From Candidatus Rokubacteria bacterium GWC2_70_16 (GTDB lineage Bacteria; Methylomirabilota; Methylomirabilia; Rokubacteriales; CSP1-6): a stretch of 33,841 bases of DNA. Made by a program: the position numbers and the translations under genes. Below, in pieces: positions 16,330 to 27,268 of the stretch. The stretch is from NCBI GenBank assembly GCA_001788415.1, contig MGBV01000099.1, forward strand, positions 34,430 to 68,270, given 5' to 3'. Below the pieces are notes generated by a model that searched no databases, had not been told where the DNA came from, and saw only the letters and a program-made list of their open reading frames with translations. The stretch's first letter is position 1; each line of letters opens with the position of its first letter.

Positions 16330-16959
16330 ATGGGCAGCTATCCGGTGTGCCTCGAGCTTGCGGGCCAGCCCTGTCTCGTCATCGGCGGCGGGCCCGTCGC
16401 GGAGCGGAAGGTCGAGGGCCTCCTGGCCGCGGGGGCGGCGGTGACCGTCGTGAGCCCTTCGCTGACGGCCGGCCTGGCGGCCCTGGCCCGCGGGGGGCGG
16501 ATCCGCCACCTGCCGCGCGAGTACGGGCCCGGGGATGTGGCCGGAAACCGGCTCACCCTTGCCGCCACCGGGAAGCGCGAGGTCGATGCGGCAGCCAGCC
16601 GCGAGGGCCGCGAGCGCGGCGTCTGGGTCAATGCCGCGGATGCTCCCGATCTTTGCGACTTCACCCTCCCGGCGGTGCTCCGTCGCGGTGACCTCGTGGT
16701 GGCCGTGTCCACCGGGGGGGCGAGCCCCGCGCTGGCGCGAGCGGTCAGGGAGGAGCTCGAGGGCCACCTCCCCGAAGCGTATGCCGCGCTCGCCGACATC
16801 GTCGCCGAGGTCAGGCGGGAGCTGAGGCAGCGCGCCTGCTCCCCCGGCGGAGAGGCGTGGCGCCAGGCTCTCGACGCCGATCTCCGCCGGCTGGTCGCGG
16901 AGGGACGACGGGCGGAGGCGAAGGCCAGGCTCCTGGCGAGGCTCGCCCCATGCCCGTAG
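16330..16959 (+). CDS. Precorrin-2 dehydrogenase / sirohydrochlorin ferrochelatase (CysG N-terminal / SirC-like)
   Basis: YPVCL, VIGGGPVAERK, VNAAD.P.LCDF..PA, AVSTGGASP. Confidence 0.9.
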   Translation: MGSYPVCLELAGQPCLVIGGGPVAERKVEGLLAAGAAVTVVSPSLTAGLAALARGGRIRHLPREYGPGDVAGNRLTLAATGKREVDAAASREGRERGVWVNAADAPDLCDFTLPAVLRRGDLVVAVSTGGASPALARAVREELEGHLPEAYAALADIVAEVRRELRQRACSPGGEAWRQALDADLRRLVAEGRRAEAKARLLARLAPCP

Positions 16960-17729
16960 GCCCCGTGTATCTGGTCGGCGCAGGTCCCGGCGATCCAGGG
17001 CTCCTCACGGTGCGAGGCCTGGAGCTCCTGCGCCAGGCGGAGGTGGTGGTCTACGACCGCCTGGTCAATCCGGCCCTCCTGGAGGAAGCCCCCAGCGAGG
17101 CGATCCGGATCTTCGCCGGCAAGCTCACGGCCATCCACAGCCTGCCTCAGGAGGAGATCAACGCCCTCCTCATCGCGCATGCCCGCCGCGGCCGGCGCGT
17201 GGTCAGGCTCAAGGGCGGGGATCCCTTCGTCTTCGGCCGGGGCGGCGAGGAGGCCGAGGCCCTCCTGGCGGCAGGGATCTCCTTCGAGGTCGTGCCCGGC
17301 GTCAGCTCCGCCGTCGCGGTTCCCGCCTACGCCGGCATCCCGGTCACCCATCGGGGCCTGGCCTGCTCCTTCGCCGTGATCACCGGCCATGAGGACACCG
17401 GCAAGGGCCAGCCCGCCGTGGACTGGAAGCGGCTCGCGACGGCCGTGGACACGCTCGTCATCCTCATGGGCGTGACGGCCCTGCCCGGAATCGTGGCCGA
17501 TCTCCTCGCCGGCGGCCTGTCACCGGAGACCCCCGTCGCCCTCATCCGGTGGGGAACCACGGCGGCCCAGCAGACGATCACCGGCACCCTCGGAGACATC
17601 CTCCCACGGGCGACAGGGCTTGCGCCTCCCGTCGTCGTCGTCGTCGGTGAGGTCGTCGCGCTCGGCCACCGGCTCCAGTGGTTCGAGGCCGCCGCCGGGG
17701 CCATCCCCCTCCCCGCGCTGGCCACCTGA
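16950..17729 (+). CDS. cobA: Uroporphyrinogen-III C-methyltransferase
   Basis: VYLVGAGPGDPGLLT, VVYDRLV, VVRLKGGDPFVFGRGGEE, VPGVSS, GIPVTHR. Confidence 0.95.
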   Translation: MPVGPVYLVGAGPGDPGLLTVRGLELLRQAEVVVYDRLVNPALLEEAPSEAIRIFAGKLTAIHSLPQEEINALLIAHARRGRRVVRLKGGDPFVFGRGGEEAEALLAAGISFEVVPGVSSAVAVPAYAGIPVTHRGLACSFAVITGHEDTGKGQPAVDWKRLATAVDTLVILMGVTALPGIVADLLAGGLSPETPVALIRWGTTAAQQTITGTLGDILPRATGLAPPVVVVVGEVVALGHRLQWFEAAAGAIPLPALAT

Positions 17730-17908
17730 CCAGCCGCCTCGGACGGCGCGCCCCGCGCTCGCCGGCGCGCGAGCCGACGGGACCCTGAGCCCATGACGGT
17801 TGCGGACCCGCCGGAATATGAGACCATGGCGCTGGAGCGCGTGGCCGAGGCCCCGCAGGTCCGGGGGCTCGACGGCCGCCACCGATCCTCTCTCCGGGAG
17901 GCCGTTCA

Positions 17909-18487
17909 ATGACCAGCGCGCAGAGCCCCCATCCGATGCGGATCGGCCGCGAGGGAACGACCCTCCTCGTCGTGGACGTCCAGGAGCGCCTCTTCCCAGC
18001 CATGGACGCCGACCACCGCGAGGAGGTCATGCGCAACATCAAGGTGCTGGCCACGGCGGCGCGGCGGCTCGGGCTGCCGGTGGTCGTGACCGAGCAGTAC
18101 CCGAAGGGCCTCGGGCACACGCTGCCGGAGCTCAGGGAGACGCTGGGGCCCGGCGTGGAGGTATTTCCGAAGGTCGCCTTCTCCTGCGCCGCCGCCGAGG
18201 GCGTGCGCGCCCACCTGCGTGCGGCGGGCACCCGCCAGGTCGTTCTCGCGGGCATCGAGGCGCATGTCTGCGTGCTGCTGACAGCCCTCGATCTGCTCGC
18301 CGAGGGATACGGGGTCCACGTGGCGGCCGACGCCGTCACCTCCCGCACCCAGGCCAGCTGGCGGCTGGCCATGGATCAGCTCCGCCAGGCCGGGGCCGTC
18401 GTCACGAGCACCGAGACCGTGCTCTTCCAGCTGCTGGGGCAGGGCGACACCGAGGAGTTCCGCGAGTTGGCCAGACTCATCCGCTGA
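17909..18487 (+). CDS. Isochorismatase-family hydrolase
   Basis: LLVVDVQERL, TEQYPKGLG.T, K..FSC, GIEAHVCV. Confidence 0.92.
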   Translation: MTSAQSPHPMRIGREGTTLLVVDVQERLFPAMDADHREEVMRNIKVLATAARRLGLPVVVTEQYPKGLGHTLPELRETLGPGVEVFPKVAFSCAAAEGVRAHLRAAGTRQVVLAGIEAHVCVLLTALDLLAEGYGVHVAADAVTSRTQASWRLAMDQLRQAGAVVTSTETVLFQLLGQGDTEEFRELARLIR

Positions 18488-18488
18488 G

Positions 18489-18920
18489 ATGCCGCGCTAC
18501 TTCGACATCGGCTCCACCGTGCTGATCGTGGTGGGCTACGGCATCCTCGCCGAGGCGGAGGACCGGCCGACGGCCTACGAGCTCAAGCGGATGATCGACT
18601 CGCGCGGCGAGGGCACGGAGAGCCGCAGCGCCGTGGTGGTCACCGACATGTGGGTGCTGAACCAGGAGATGGCCGATCTCTTCCCGGCCATCGCCGTCGG
18701 CGGCCCCGGCGTCAACGCCTTCACGGCCCAGATCTACGAGGAGCTGCCCGTGGCCGTCGCGCGCGATCAGCGGCTCTTCGTCCAGATGAACCAGGACGCG
18801 GGCAAGCGGGTGGCGCTCTGGGGGATGGACCAGTCAGCCACCCGGGAGGCCGTGGAGCTGTTCATCAAGGATGGGCTCCTCGACCGCCTCCTGGACCTGG
18901 TCTGGCACCGCGACCGCTGA
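18489..18920 (+). CDS. Hypothetical protein
   Basis: 143 aa ORF with host-like codon usage, starting 1 nt after the upstream stop; IAVGGPGVN motif. Confidence 0.75.
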   Translation: MPRYFDIGSTVLIVVGYGILAEAEDRPTAYELKRMIDSRGEGTESRSAVVVTDMWVLNQEMADLFPAIAVGGPGVNAFTAQIYEELPVAVARDQRLFVQMNQDAGKRVALWGMDQSATREAVELFIKDGLLDRLLDLVWHRDR

Positions 18921-18937
18921 GCCCCCCGGGGCCGCGC

Positions 18938-19492
18938 CTATCGAGAGGCGTCCCAGCGCGCGGCGTGATAGACCGCCCGCTGCGCCTCGGTGAGGATCTC
19001 CCGGGTCCTCAGGTGATAGCGCAGGTGGACGAGCCGCAACCCGGCGCGCAGGCGCTCGCTCTCGGCCACCTGGGCCTGCAGGCTCTCCTCCGCGGCCCGC
19101 TTCGTCTCGAAGAGCGCACGCAGCCGCGCCTCGGCCTCGAGCAGCGCCGCGCCGGCCGGCCGCGACTCGGCATGCATGGCCGCGACCAGCGCCCGGACCC
19201 GTCCCTCCTGTTCGGAGGTCAGCCGGAGCCGCTCCCGCAGCTCGAGGACGTGGGTGGGCCCGGGGTAGCCGTTCCGATCTGCGGTGAAGGCCATCCCGAA
19301 CCCCAGCCCCTGTCGGACCACCTCTTCGAAGCGCTCCTCGCAGCGCAGCGCCTCGATGTGCCCCTGCGGGTGCCCCGCCGTGTGCCCCGGCGCGGCTCCG
19401 CCGTGGGCCGGGCTGCTGCCGTGCGTCTGCGCCGCCGCCGAGCCGGCGAGAAGAGATGTTCCCGTGAGTAACACCCAGATGAGTGCACGCAT
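18938..19492 (-). CDS. Secreted Spy/CpxP-like helical periplasmic protein
   Basis: Signal peptide, His-rich linker, G.G.GMA..A..NGYPGP.HVLEL, L.LTSEQ and ILTEAQ (LTxxQ) motifs. Confidence 0.75.
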   Translation of the reverse strand: MRALIWVLLTGTSLLAGSAAAQTHGSSPAHGGAAPGHTAGHPQGHIEALRCEERFEEVVRQGLGFGMAFTADRNGYPGPTHVLELRERLRLTSEQEGRVRALVAAMHAESRPAGAALLEAEARLRALFETKRAAEESLQAQVAESERLRAGLRLVHLRYHLRTREILTEAQRAVYHAARWDASR

Positions 19493-19548
19493 GCTCGCCT
19501 CCTCGACGCGTCGAGTGGGGTGGGATGCGGGGCGTGGAGCCCGCGGGC

Positions 19549-20220
19549 TCAGCGCAGCCTGAGACCTGCGGGCGGGCGGATATTTGTGTAGGTGACGGTC
19601 CCGTCGGGATCCTCGTAGCGGTAGATGACCTGGACGGGCTCGCCGCCGCCGTGGGTCTCGAGGATCTTCCGCACGTACTGCTGCGTCTCGGGGTAGGGCG
19701 GGATGCCGCGGTAGTGGGTCACCGCGTTCTCCCCCGCGTTGTAGGCCGCCAGGGCCAGCGGCAGGTTCCCCGGGTATCGGTCCACGAGGGAGCGGAGATG
19801 ACGCACGCCGCCCTCGATGTTCTGCCGGGGGTCGAAGGCGTCACGCACGCCCAGCGACGAGGCGGTTTGCGGCATGAGCTGCATGAGCCCCTGCGCCCCC
19901 TTGCGTGACATCGCCCACGGATTGAAGGCCGACTCCACGCGAATCACCGATTCCACCAGTCCCGGGCTCAGACCGTAGCGCGCCGCGATCTCGCGGATGT
20001 CCTGCGCATACTTCCCCGCCGCCCCCTCGGGGAGCCTGAGCCAGCCGGCCAGGGTCCCGGACATGCCGGGGATGCGGCGGTAGCGCGGGTCCGTGGGCGC
20101 ATTGGTGAAGTGAGTGACGCCGTCCGGATCGGTGAGCCGGTAGGACCCGGCCGCGGAGACAGACGGCAGCGTGACTGCCGCGAGGCCGATGAGCAGGGGT
20201 ACCAGGAGTGAGAAGATCAC
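19549..20220 (-). CDS. Lytic transglycosylase (SLT) flanked by DUF4124-like segments
   Basis: VIRVESAFNP.A.S.KGAQGLMQLMP, ALAAYNAG, IPPYPETQ.YV; D.DG...[FY]TN motifs at both ends. Confidence 0.9.
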   Translation of the reverse strand: MIFSLLVPLLIGLAAVTLPSVSAAGSYRLTDPDGVTHFTNAPTDPRYRRIPGMSGTLAGWLRLPEGAAGKYAQDIREIAARYGLSPGLVESVIRVESAFNPWAMSRKGAQGLMQLMPQTASSLGVRDAFDPRQNIEGGVRHLRSLVDRYPGNLPLALAAYNAGENAVTHYRGIPPYPETQQYVRKILETHGGGEPVQVIYRYEDPDGTVTYTNIRPPAGLRLR

Positions 20221-20262
20221 CGCGCCTCTATAGATAGCGAACCCGCCGGCCCCCAGGCAACG

Positions 20263-20292
20263 AAAAAAAGAGGCGCTCGTCGCCGGCGAGCG
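20263..20292 (-). terminator. Probable intrinsic terminator of the dnaK-lon operon
   Basis: Minus strand CGCTCG-7 nt loop-CGAGCG, then CCTC and T7, about 30 nt after the lon stop. Confidence 0.55.
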
Positions 20293-20322
20293 ATTTCGCC
20301 TTGTGCTGCTGCGGGTTGCCGG

Positions 20323-22752
20323 TCAGTTGCTGGAGGCGAGCAGCCCCGTGTGCGCGGGCTCGGCCGGGACCTGAGCCGATTCCAGCGCCAGGGCCAGCAC
20401 CTGGTCCACGGAGTCCACCAGGTGGAAGGTCATCCCCTCCCGCGCCTCCTGCGGCACGTCCTCCACGAGGTTCTTCTCGTTGCGACCGGGCAGGATCACG
20501 GTCTTGACCCCCGCCCGTCGCGCCGCCAGCACCTTCTCCTTGATGCCCCCCACCGGCAGCACGCGCCCCGACAGCGTCACCTCGCCGGTCATGGCCAGGT
20601 TCGGCCGCAGCGGACGCCGCGTGAGCAGCGACACCAGCGCGGTGAGCATGGTCACGCCGGCCGAGGGTCCGTCCTTGGGGATCGCCCCCGCCGGGATGTG
20701 GACGTGCAGGTCCGAGTGCTCCCAGAAGTCCGGCCGGATGCCGACCTCGGTGGCGTGGGAGCGGACCCAGGAGAGCGCGGCCTGCGCGGACTCCTTCATC
20801 ACCTCCCCCAGCTGCCCCGTGAGCGCCAGCGTCTTGCCGCCCCGCATGCGCGTCGCCTCGATGAAGAGGATGTCGCCGCCGGCCGCCGTCCAGGCCAGGC
20901 CCACGGCCACGCCGGGCACCCGCGTGCGCTCCTCCAGCTCCTCGAAGAGGAACCTGGGGGCGCCCAGCAGCTCACCCACGAGCGCCTCCGTCACCTCCAC
21001 GGCCTCGGCGTGCCCCTCGACCCGCCGCTTGGCGACCTTGCGGGTGATGGCCGCGATCTCGCGCTCCAGATTGCGCAGGCCCGCCTCGCGCGTGTAGCCG
21101 CGGATCAGCAGGCGCAGCGCCTCGTCCGTCCACCGGATGTGCTCGCCCGCGGCCAGCCCGTGGTCGGCCGTCTGCTTGGGGATCAGGTGCCGCCGGGCGA
21201 TGTGGACCTTCTCCTCCTCCGTGTAGCCGGCGATCTCGATGACCTCCATCCGGTCGCGCAGCGCGGGCGGCACCGTGTCCAGGAGGTTCGCCGTGGTGAT
21301 GAACAGCGCCCGGGACAGGTCGAAGGCCACGTCGACGTAATGGTCCCGGAAGGCCATGTTCTGCTCGGGGTCGAGCACCTCGAGGAGCGCCGAGGCCGGA
21401 TCGCCCCGGAAGTCCATCCCGAGCTTGTCGATCTCGTCGAGCATGAACACCGGGTTCCGCGACTCGGCGCGGCGCAGCCCCTGGATGATCTGGCCGGGCA
21501 GCGCGCCGATGTAGGTGCGCCGGTGGCCGCGGATCTCCGCCTCGTCGCGCATCCCGCCCAGCGAGATGCGGTGGAACTTCCGGCCGAGCGCCCGCGCGAT
21601 GGAACGCCCCAGCGAGGTCTTGCCCACGCCTGGGGGGCCCACGAAGCAGAGGATGGGGTCCTTGCCCGCGGGGCGCATCCCCTTGACCGCCAGATACTCG
21701 AGGATGCGCTCCTTGACCTTGTGGAGCCCCGAGTGGTCCTCGTCGAGGATGGCGCGGGCCGCGGCCAGATCCAGGTTGTCCTGGGTCTCCTTCGCCCAGG
21801 GCAGCGCGACCAGCCACTCGAGGTAGGTCCGCGCCACGGTGTACTCGGCGGCGGCCGGGGGCATCTTCGCCAGGCGGTCCAGCTCGCGGAGCGCCTCCTT
21901 CCTGGCCTCCTCGGTCATGCCGGCGGCCTCGATCTTCTGGCGCAGCTCGCCGATCTCCTGGCTGCGCTCGTCGCTCTCGCCCAGCTCCTTCTGGATGGCC
22001 TTGAGCTGCTCGCGCAGGTAGTACTCGCGCTGGGTCTTGCCCACCTCGGACTCCACCTGGGACTGGATCTTGGAGCCGAGCGTCAGGATCTCGACCTCCT
22101 TCGTCAGGGAGGCCACCAGCCGCTGGAGCCGCGCCTTGACGGCCGCCGTCTCCAGCAGCTCCTGCTTGACCTGCGTGCTGAGCCCGGGCAGCGCGGCCGC
22201 GATGACGTCCGCCACATGCCCGGGCTCGGCGACATGCTGCACCGCCCCCGCCAGCTCGTCGGGCAGGAAGGGCGACAGCTCGACCGTCTGGCGGAAGAGC
22301 GTGACCGCGTTCCGCATGAGGGCCTCGGTCTCGAGATCCCCGGCAGGCGGCAGCGTTTCCTCCACCGCCTCGACGCGGGCCTTGAGGAAGGGGCGCGTCT
22401 GCACCAGCTCCACGATGCGGACCCGGGCGATCCCCTGGACGAGCAGGCGGACGATGCCGTCGGGCTGCTTGCCGACCTTGAGGATCGTGGCCACGGTGCC
22501 GACGCGGTGGAGGTCGGCCTGCTGGGGGTCTTCCACGGATGGATCCCGCTGCCCGAACACGCCGATGAGCCGACCACCGCGGGCGGCGTCCTCGATCAGG
22601 CGCACGGAGGCCTCTCGCCCCGCGGCCAGGGGGGTCACCGCCTGCGGGAAGAGGACCGTGTCGCGGAGCGGCAGGATGGACAGCACCTCGGGGACGCTGC
22701 CGCCCGCTCCCAGCTCTCCAGCGGCTCCACTGCCGACCGTCGTCTCAGCCAT
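20323..22752 (-). CDS. lon: ATP-dependent protease La
   Basis: [43 protein letters not shown] (Ser), GGIKEK (Lys). Confidence 0.97.
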   Translation of the reverse strand: MAETTVGSGAAGELGAGGSVPEVLSILPLRDTVLFPQAVTPLAAGREASVRLIEDAARGGRLIGVFGQRDPSVEDPQQADLHRVGTVATILKVGKQPDGIVRLLVQGIARVRIVELVQTRPFLKARVEAVEETLPPAGDLETEALMRNAVTLFRQTVELSPFLPDELAGAVQHVAEPGHVADVIAAALPGLSTQVKQELLETAAVKARLQRLVASLTKEVEILTLGSKIQSQVESEVGKTQREYYLREQLKAIQKELGESDERSQEIGELRQKIEAAGMTEEARKEALRELDRLAKMPPAAAEYTVARTYLEWLVALPWAKETQDNLDLAAARAILDEDHSGLHKVKERILEYLAVKGMRPAGKDPILCFVGPPGVGKTSLGRSIARALGRKFHRISLGGMRDEAEIRGHRRTYIGALPGQIIQGLRRAESRNPVFMLDEIDKLGMDFRGDPASALLEVLDPEQNMAFRDHYVDVAFDLSRALFITTANLLDTVPPALRDRMEVIEIAGYTEEEKVHIARRHLIPKQTADHGLAAGEHIRWTDEALRLLIRGYTREAGLRNLEREIAAITRKVAKRRVEGHAEAVEVTEALVGELLGAPRFLFEELEERTRVPGVAVGLAWTAAGGDILFIEATRMRGGKTLALTGQLGEVMKESAQAALSWVRSHATEVGIRPDFWEHSDLHVHIPAGAIPKDGPSAGVTMLTALVSLLTRRPLRPNLAMTGEVTLSGRVLPVGGIKEKVLAARRAGVKTVILPGRNEKNLVEDVPQEAREGMTFHLVDSVDQVLALALESAQVPAEPAHTGLLASSN

Positions 22753-22785
22753 GCGCCTCAATCCTTTCCTTTCCGGGAGCCCGTC

Positions 22786-23172
22786 CTAGAACGGCTCCAG
22801 CGGCGAGAGGTGGCTCGCGGCGGCTCGCACGAGAGCCTCGCCCGTCCCGCGCGCGGCCGGATCGCGCGCCTGCGCCAGGTCCGTCCGCACGTACCGCGAC
22901 AGCTCCTCGAGCTGCTGCTGCATGGCGGTCATCCGGCGCCGCATCTTTAGGATGATCTCCACCCCCGCCAGATTCACCCCCAGGTCCCGCGTGAGCCGGA
23001 CCAGCCGGGCGACGTCCTCCACGTCCTCGGCGGAGTACATCCGCGTCTTGCCCACGGTGCGGCTCGGCCGGATGAGTCCCTTCTTCTCGTACATGCGGAG
23101 CGTCTGGGGGTGGAGCTTGAGCATCTCTGCCACCACGCCGATCATGTAGAGGGGCTTGCTCTTGTCGCTCAT
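22786..23172 (-). CDS. hspR: MerR-family heat-shock repressor HspR
   Basis: YMIGVVAEML.LHPQTLRMYE..GLI.PSRT.G..R.YS, LGVNLAGV.II; downstream of dnaJ with ATGA overlap. Confidence 0.9.
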   Translation of the reverse strand: MSDKSKPLYMIGVVAEMLKLHPQTLRMYEKKGLIRPSRTVGKTRMYSAEDVEDVARLVRLTRDLGVNLAGVEIILKMRRRMTAMQQQLEELSRYVRTDLAQARDPAARGTGEALVRAAASHLSPLEPF

Positions 23173-24182
23173 GCCCGCGCCGCCGCCCGGGGCTCCCCGC
23201 GGGGCGCCTGCGGCAGGAGCCGGCCGATCTCGCGGAACAGCTCCTGGGTGCGCGCGTCGAGCCCGCGGGGGATCTCCAGCCGCACCGTGACATAGAGGTC
23301 GCCCCGTCCGTCCGCCGCCAGCCTCGGCATGCCCCGGCCCCGGATGCGGAAGACCTGGCCGCTCGTCGTGCCCGGCGGGATCACGAGGTCCACGTGGCCG
23401 TGCAGCGTGCCGACGGGAATCCGGGCGCCCAGGACGGCCTCGACGATGGTCAGCGGGAGCTCGCAGTAGAGGTTGTCCCCCTTGCGGGTGAAGACGGGAT
23501 CGTCGTGCACCCGCGTGATGACGATGAGGTCGCCGCGGGGGCCGCCGAAGGGACCCGCGTGGCCCTCGCCCGGGACGCGCAACTGGGCGCCCGTGTCCAT
23601 GCCGGGCGGTATGGGGACCCGGACCACCGCGCGCTGACGGCTGGCGCCGCGTCCCCGGCAGGCCGGACATGCCTCCGTCACTCGCTCCCCGAGCCCGTCG
23701 CAGGCCGGGCAGCGCTCGGCGTGCGCGGCCGTCTCGCCGACCCATACCAGGCCGGCGCCGCCGCAGTGCCCGCAGCGCAAGGCCGGCGCCCCGGGCCTCG
23801 CCCCCGTGGCACCGCAGCCCTCGCAGGCCGACAGCCGGTCCACGGCCAGGTCAGCCGCGATCCCCGTCACTGCCTGGTGGAAGGCGAGTTCCACGGGAAC
23901 ATGCAGGTCCTCCCCTCGGCGTCCGTCCCGGTGCGACTGCCCCGCGCCTGCCTCCCGCGCGGCCTGTCCGGCCCCCGATCCATGACGGTCATAGAGCATC
24001 CTCGCCGAGGGATCGCTCAGGACCCGGTAGGCCGCGGAGATTTCCTCGAACAGCGCCTGGGCCTCGCGGTCCCACAGGTTGACGTCCGGCGAGTAGCGCC
24101 GAGCCAGTCCCTGATACGCCCGGCGGATCTGCGCCTGCGAGGCGTCGAGGCTGACGCCCAGCACCGCGTAGTAGTCCCTCAT
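23169..24182 (-). CDS. dnaJ: DnaJ-family co-chaperone (J domain with SPD instead of HPD, four CxxCxGxG-type repeats, C-terminal domain)
   Basis: RDYYAVLGV, YSPDVN, CEGCGATG/CGHCGGAG/CPACDGLG/CPACRGRG, GEG.AG..GGP.GDL. Confidence 0.88.
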   Translation of the reverse strand: MRDYYAVLGVSLDASQAQIRRAYQGLARRYSPDVNLWDREAQALFEEISAAYRVLSDPSARMLYDRHGSGAGQAAREAGAGQSHRDGRRGEDLHVPVELAFHQAVTGIAADLAVDRLSACEGCGATGARPGAPALRCGHCGGAGLVWVGETAAHAERCPACDGLGERVTEACPACRGRGASRQRAVVRVPIPPGMDTGAQLRVPGEGHAGPFGGPRGDLIVITRVHDDPVFTRKGDNLYCELPLTIVEAVLGARIPVGTLHGHVDLVIPPGTTSGQVFRIRGRGMPRLAADGRGDLYVTVRLEIPRGLDARTQELFREIGRLLPQAPRGEPRAAARA

Positions 24183-24284
24183 GGTTCCTCACCCGGCACG
24201 GGCACCCGGGCTGGCGCCCGCCCGTGCCCGACGGATTCGCGGGCTCGCTTCTTCACTCACGCTTCGCGAGTCGCTCGCGGCCCG

Positions 24285-26198
<1,914 letters not shown>

Positions 26199-26254
26199 GA
26201 GTCATGTCTCCTGTTCGGGTTGCTGCGCTGGTCTCTCCCGGGACGGAGCCGGCG

Positions 26255-26431
26255 GGGCAGCTCTGCCGTCACCACGAGATCGTCCTTCGTCTGGTACATG
26301 TCCACAGCCGGGGCCCAGGCTCTGTCGACGCCGCCCAGGGGGCTTGGCCGGCCGAAGACGCCGTCGAAGAGACGATTCACCTCCCACCGCTCGACCCCCT
26401 CATTCATCGGATGCCACCTCAAGGTGGCTAT
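26255..26431 (-). pseudogene. Truncated Hsp20/alpha-crystallin gene remnant
   Basis: AAGGAGG + 7 nt + ATA (not ATG) GCC ACC TTG AGG TGG CAT CCG; translates ...EVNRLFDGVFGRP...WAPAVDMYQTKDDLVVTAELP, after which similarity stops. Confidence 0.75.
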
Positions 26432-26501
26432 ACACAAGCCTCCTTCGCCGGGTATCCTCAACTCCGGCAATCCAATATCTAAGCCTGTTTCATATATATT
26501 C

Positions 26502-26522
26502 CCTGAGTGCGTTCGTGTCAAG
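26502..26522. promoter_or_regulatory. HAIR-like HspR operator overlapping the -35 box of the dnaK operon promoter
   Basis: CCTGAGT-N7-TGTCAAG versus HAIR consensus CTTGAGT-N7-ACTCAAG (11/14); minus strand reads TTGACA-17 nt-TATATA toward hsp20/dnaK; hspR is in the operon. Confidence 0.72.
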
Positions 26523-26604
26523 ATCTCGTGGCAAGAAATCCCTAACACTACGGAAGTGCTCGAATCTTTGACGCATTGGGAGGGCTGGTGCTAAGGTCTT
26601 CCTG

Positions 26605-27255
26605 ATGAGGATAGGCTGCTTCGGTTGCCTCACCCTGGTCGTGACGATTCTGGTCGTGGTCGTCGCCGCGGCTGGCTTCCTGTTCCTCTCGGGAAACATC
26701 GCGGCAGCGCCGGAGTTCTCGCCCACCCGCTTCACCAGGGGCGACGGCTTCTCGGCGCAGCAGAAGCTCTACGAGATCGTCCTCAGACAGTCCGGCCGAT
26801 CCACCCGCCAGGACGACGTGGTCTTGACGCAGCAGGAAGTCAACGCCTTCCTGGCAATCCATCTCGCAGAGGCCGCCGATCTGCCCTTCAATCCGCTGAG
26901 CGTGAAGTTCACTGGAGGGCTCATGGAGGTGAGGGGCCAGACAGCGCTCAGGAACCTGCTCCAGGGACCCCCGTTGGCGCAGCTCCTCCCGTATCTGCCG
27001 ACGGAGAGGATCGAGCGTCCCATCTGGGTGACGATCAAGGGGCGGATCGTGATCGAGCCGGGGCCCGCCGGCGCCACCCGGAGCTATGGACGGGTGCACC
27101 TCACCGAGTTCGACCTGGGACAGCAGCCCGTGGGAACGTGGCTGCTCTCAGTGATGCTCGGGCCCACGGGCGGCCGCCTGCTGCGATGGCAGGTGCCGGC
27201 CGTGGTCCAGGGGGTGAGGATCGAGGAAGGCCGAGTCGTCATCCACACCCGCTGA
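26605..27255 (+). CDS. Hypothetical membrane-anchored protein
   Basis: GCFGCL followed by a hydrophobic N-terminal helix; LTQQEVNAFL; 216 aa. Confidence 0.7.
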   Translation: MRIGCFGCLTLVVTILVVVVAAAGFLFLSGNIAAAPEFSPTRFTRGDGFSAQQKLYEIVLRQSGRSTRQDDVVLTQQEVNAFLAIHLAEAADLPFNPLSVKFTGGLMEVRGQTALRNLLQGPPLAQLLPYLPTERIERPIWVTIKGRIVIEPGPAGATRSYGRVHLTEFDLGQQPVGTWLLSVMLGPTGGRLLRWQVPAVVQGVRIEEGRVVIHTR

Positions 27256-27268
27256 GGCTGGCGCGGCC

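Noticed and set aside
16921-16980. Possible frameshifted fused cysG (dehydrogenase/chelatase and methyltransferase overlap by 10 nt)
   Set aside because: Both halves are complete, cobA has its own GAGG and ATG, no slippery sequence is evident, and split cysG is common
20350-22950. 866-aa ORF antisense to lon, and similar shadow ORFs (4370..6367, 7853..10279, 11771..13678, 13841..15799, 30814..33375)
   Set aside because: They fully overlap well-supported genes, have biased low-information composition, and reflect the scarcity of stop codons at high GC
24195-24228. GGCACGGGC/GCCCGTGCC hairpin between dnaK and dnaJ
   Set aside because: No U-tract; at most an ordinary intercistronic stabilising stem, and such stems arise easily at this GC content
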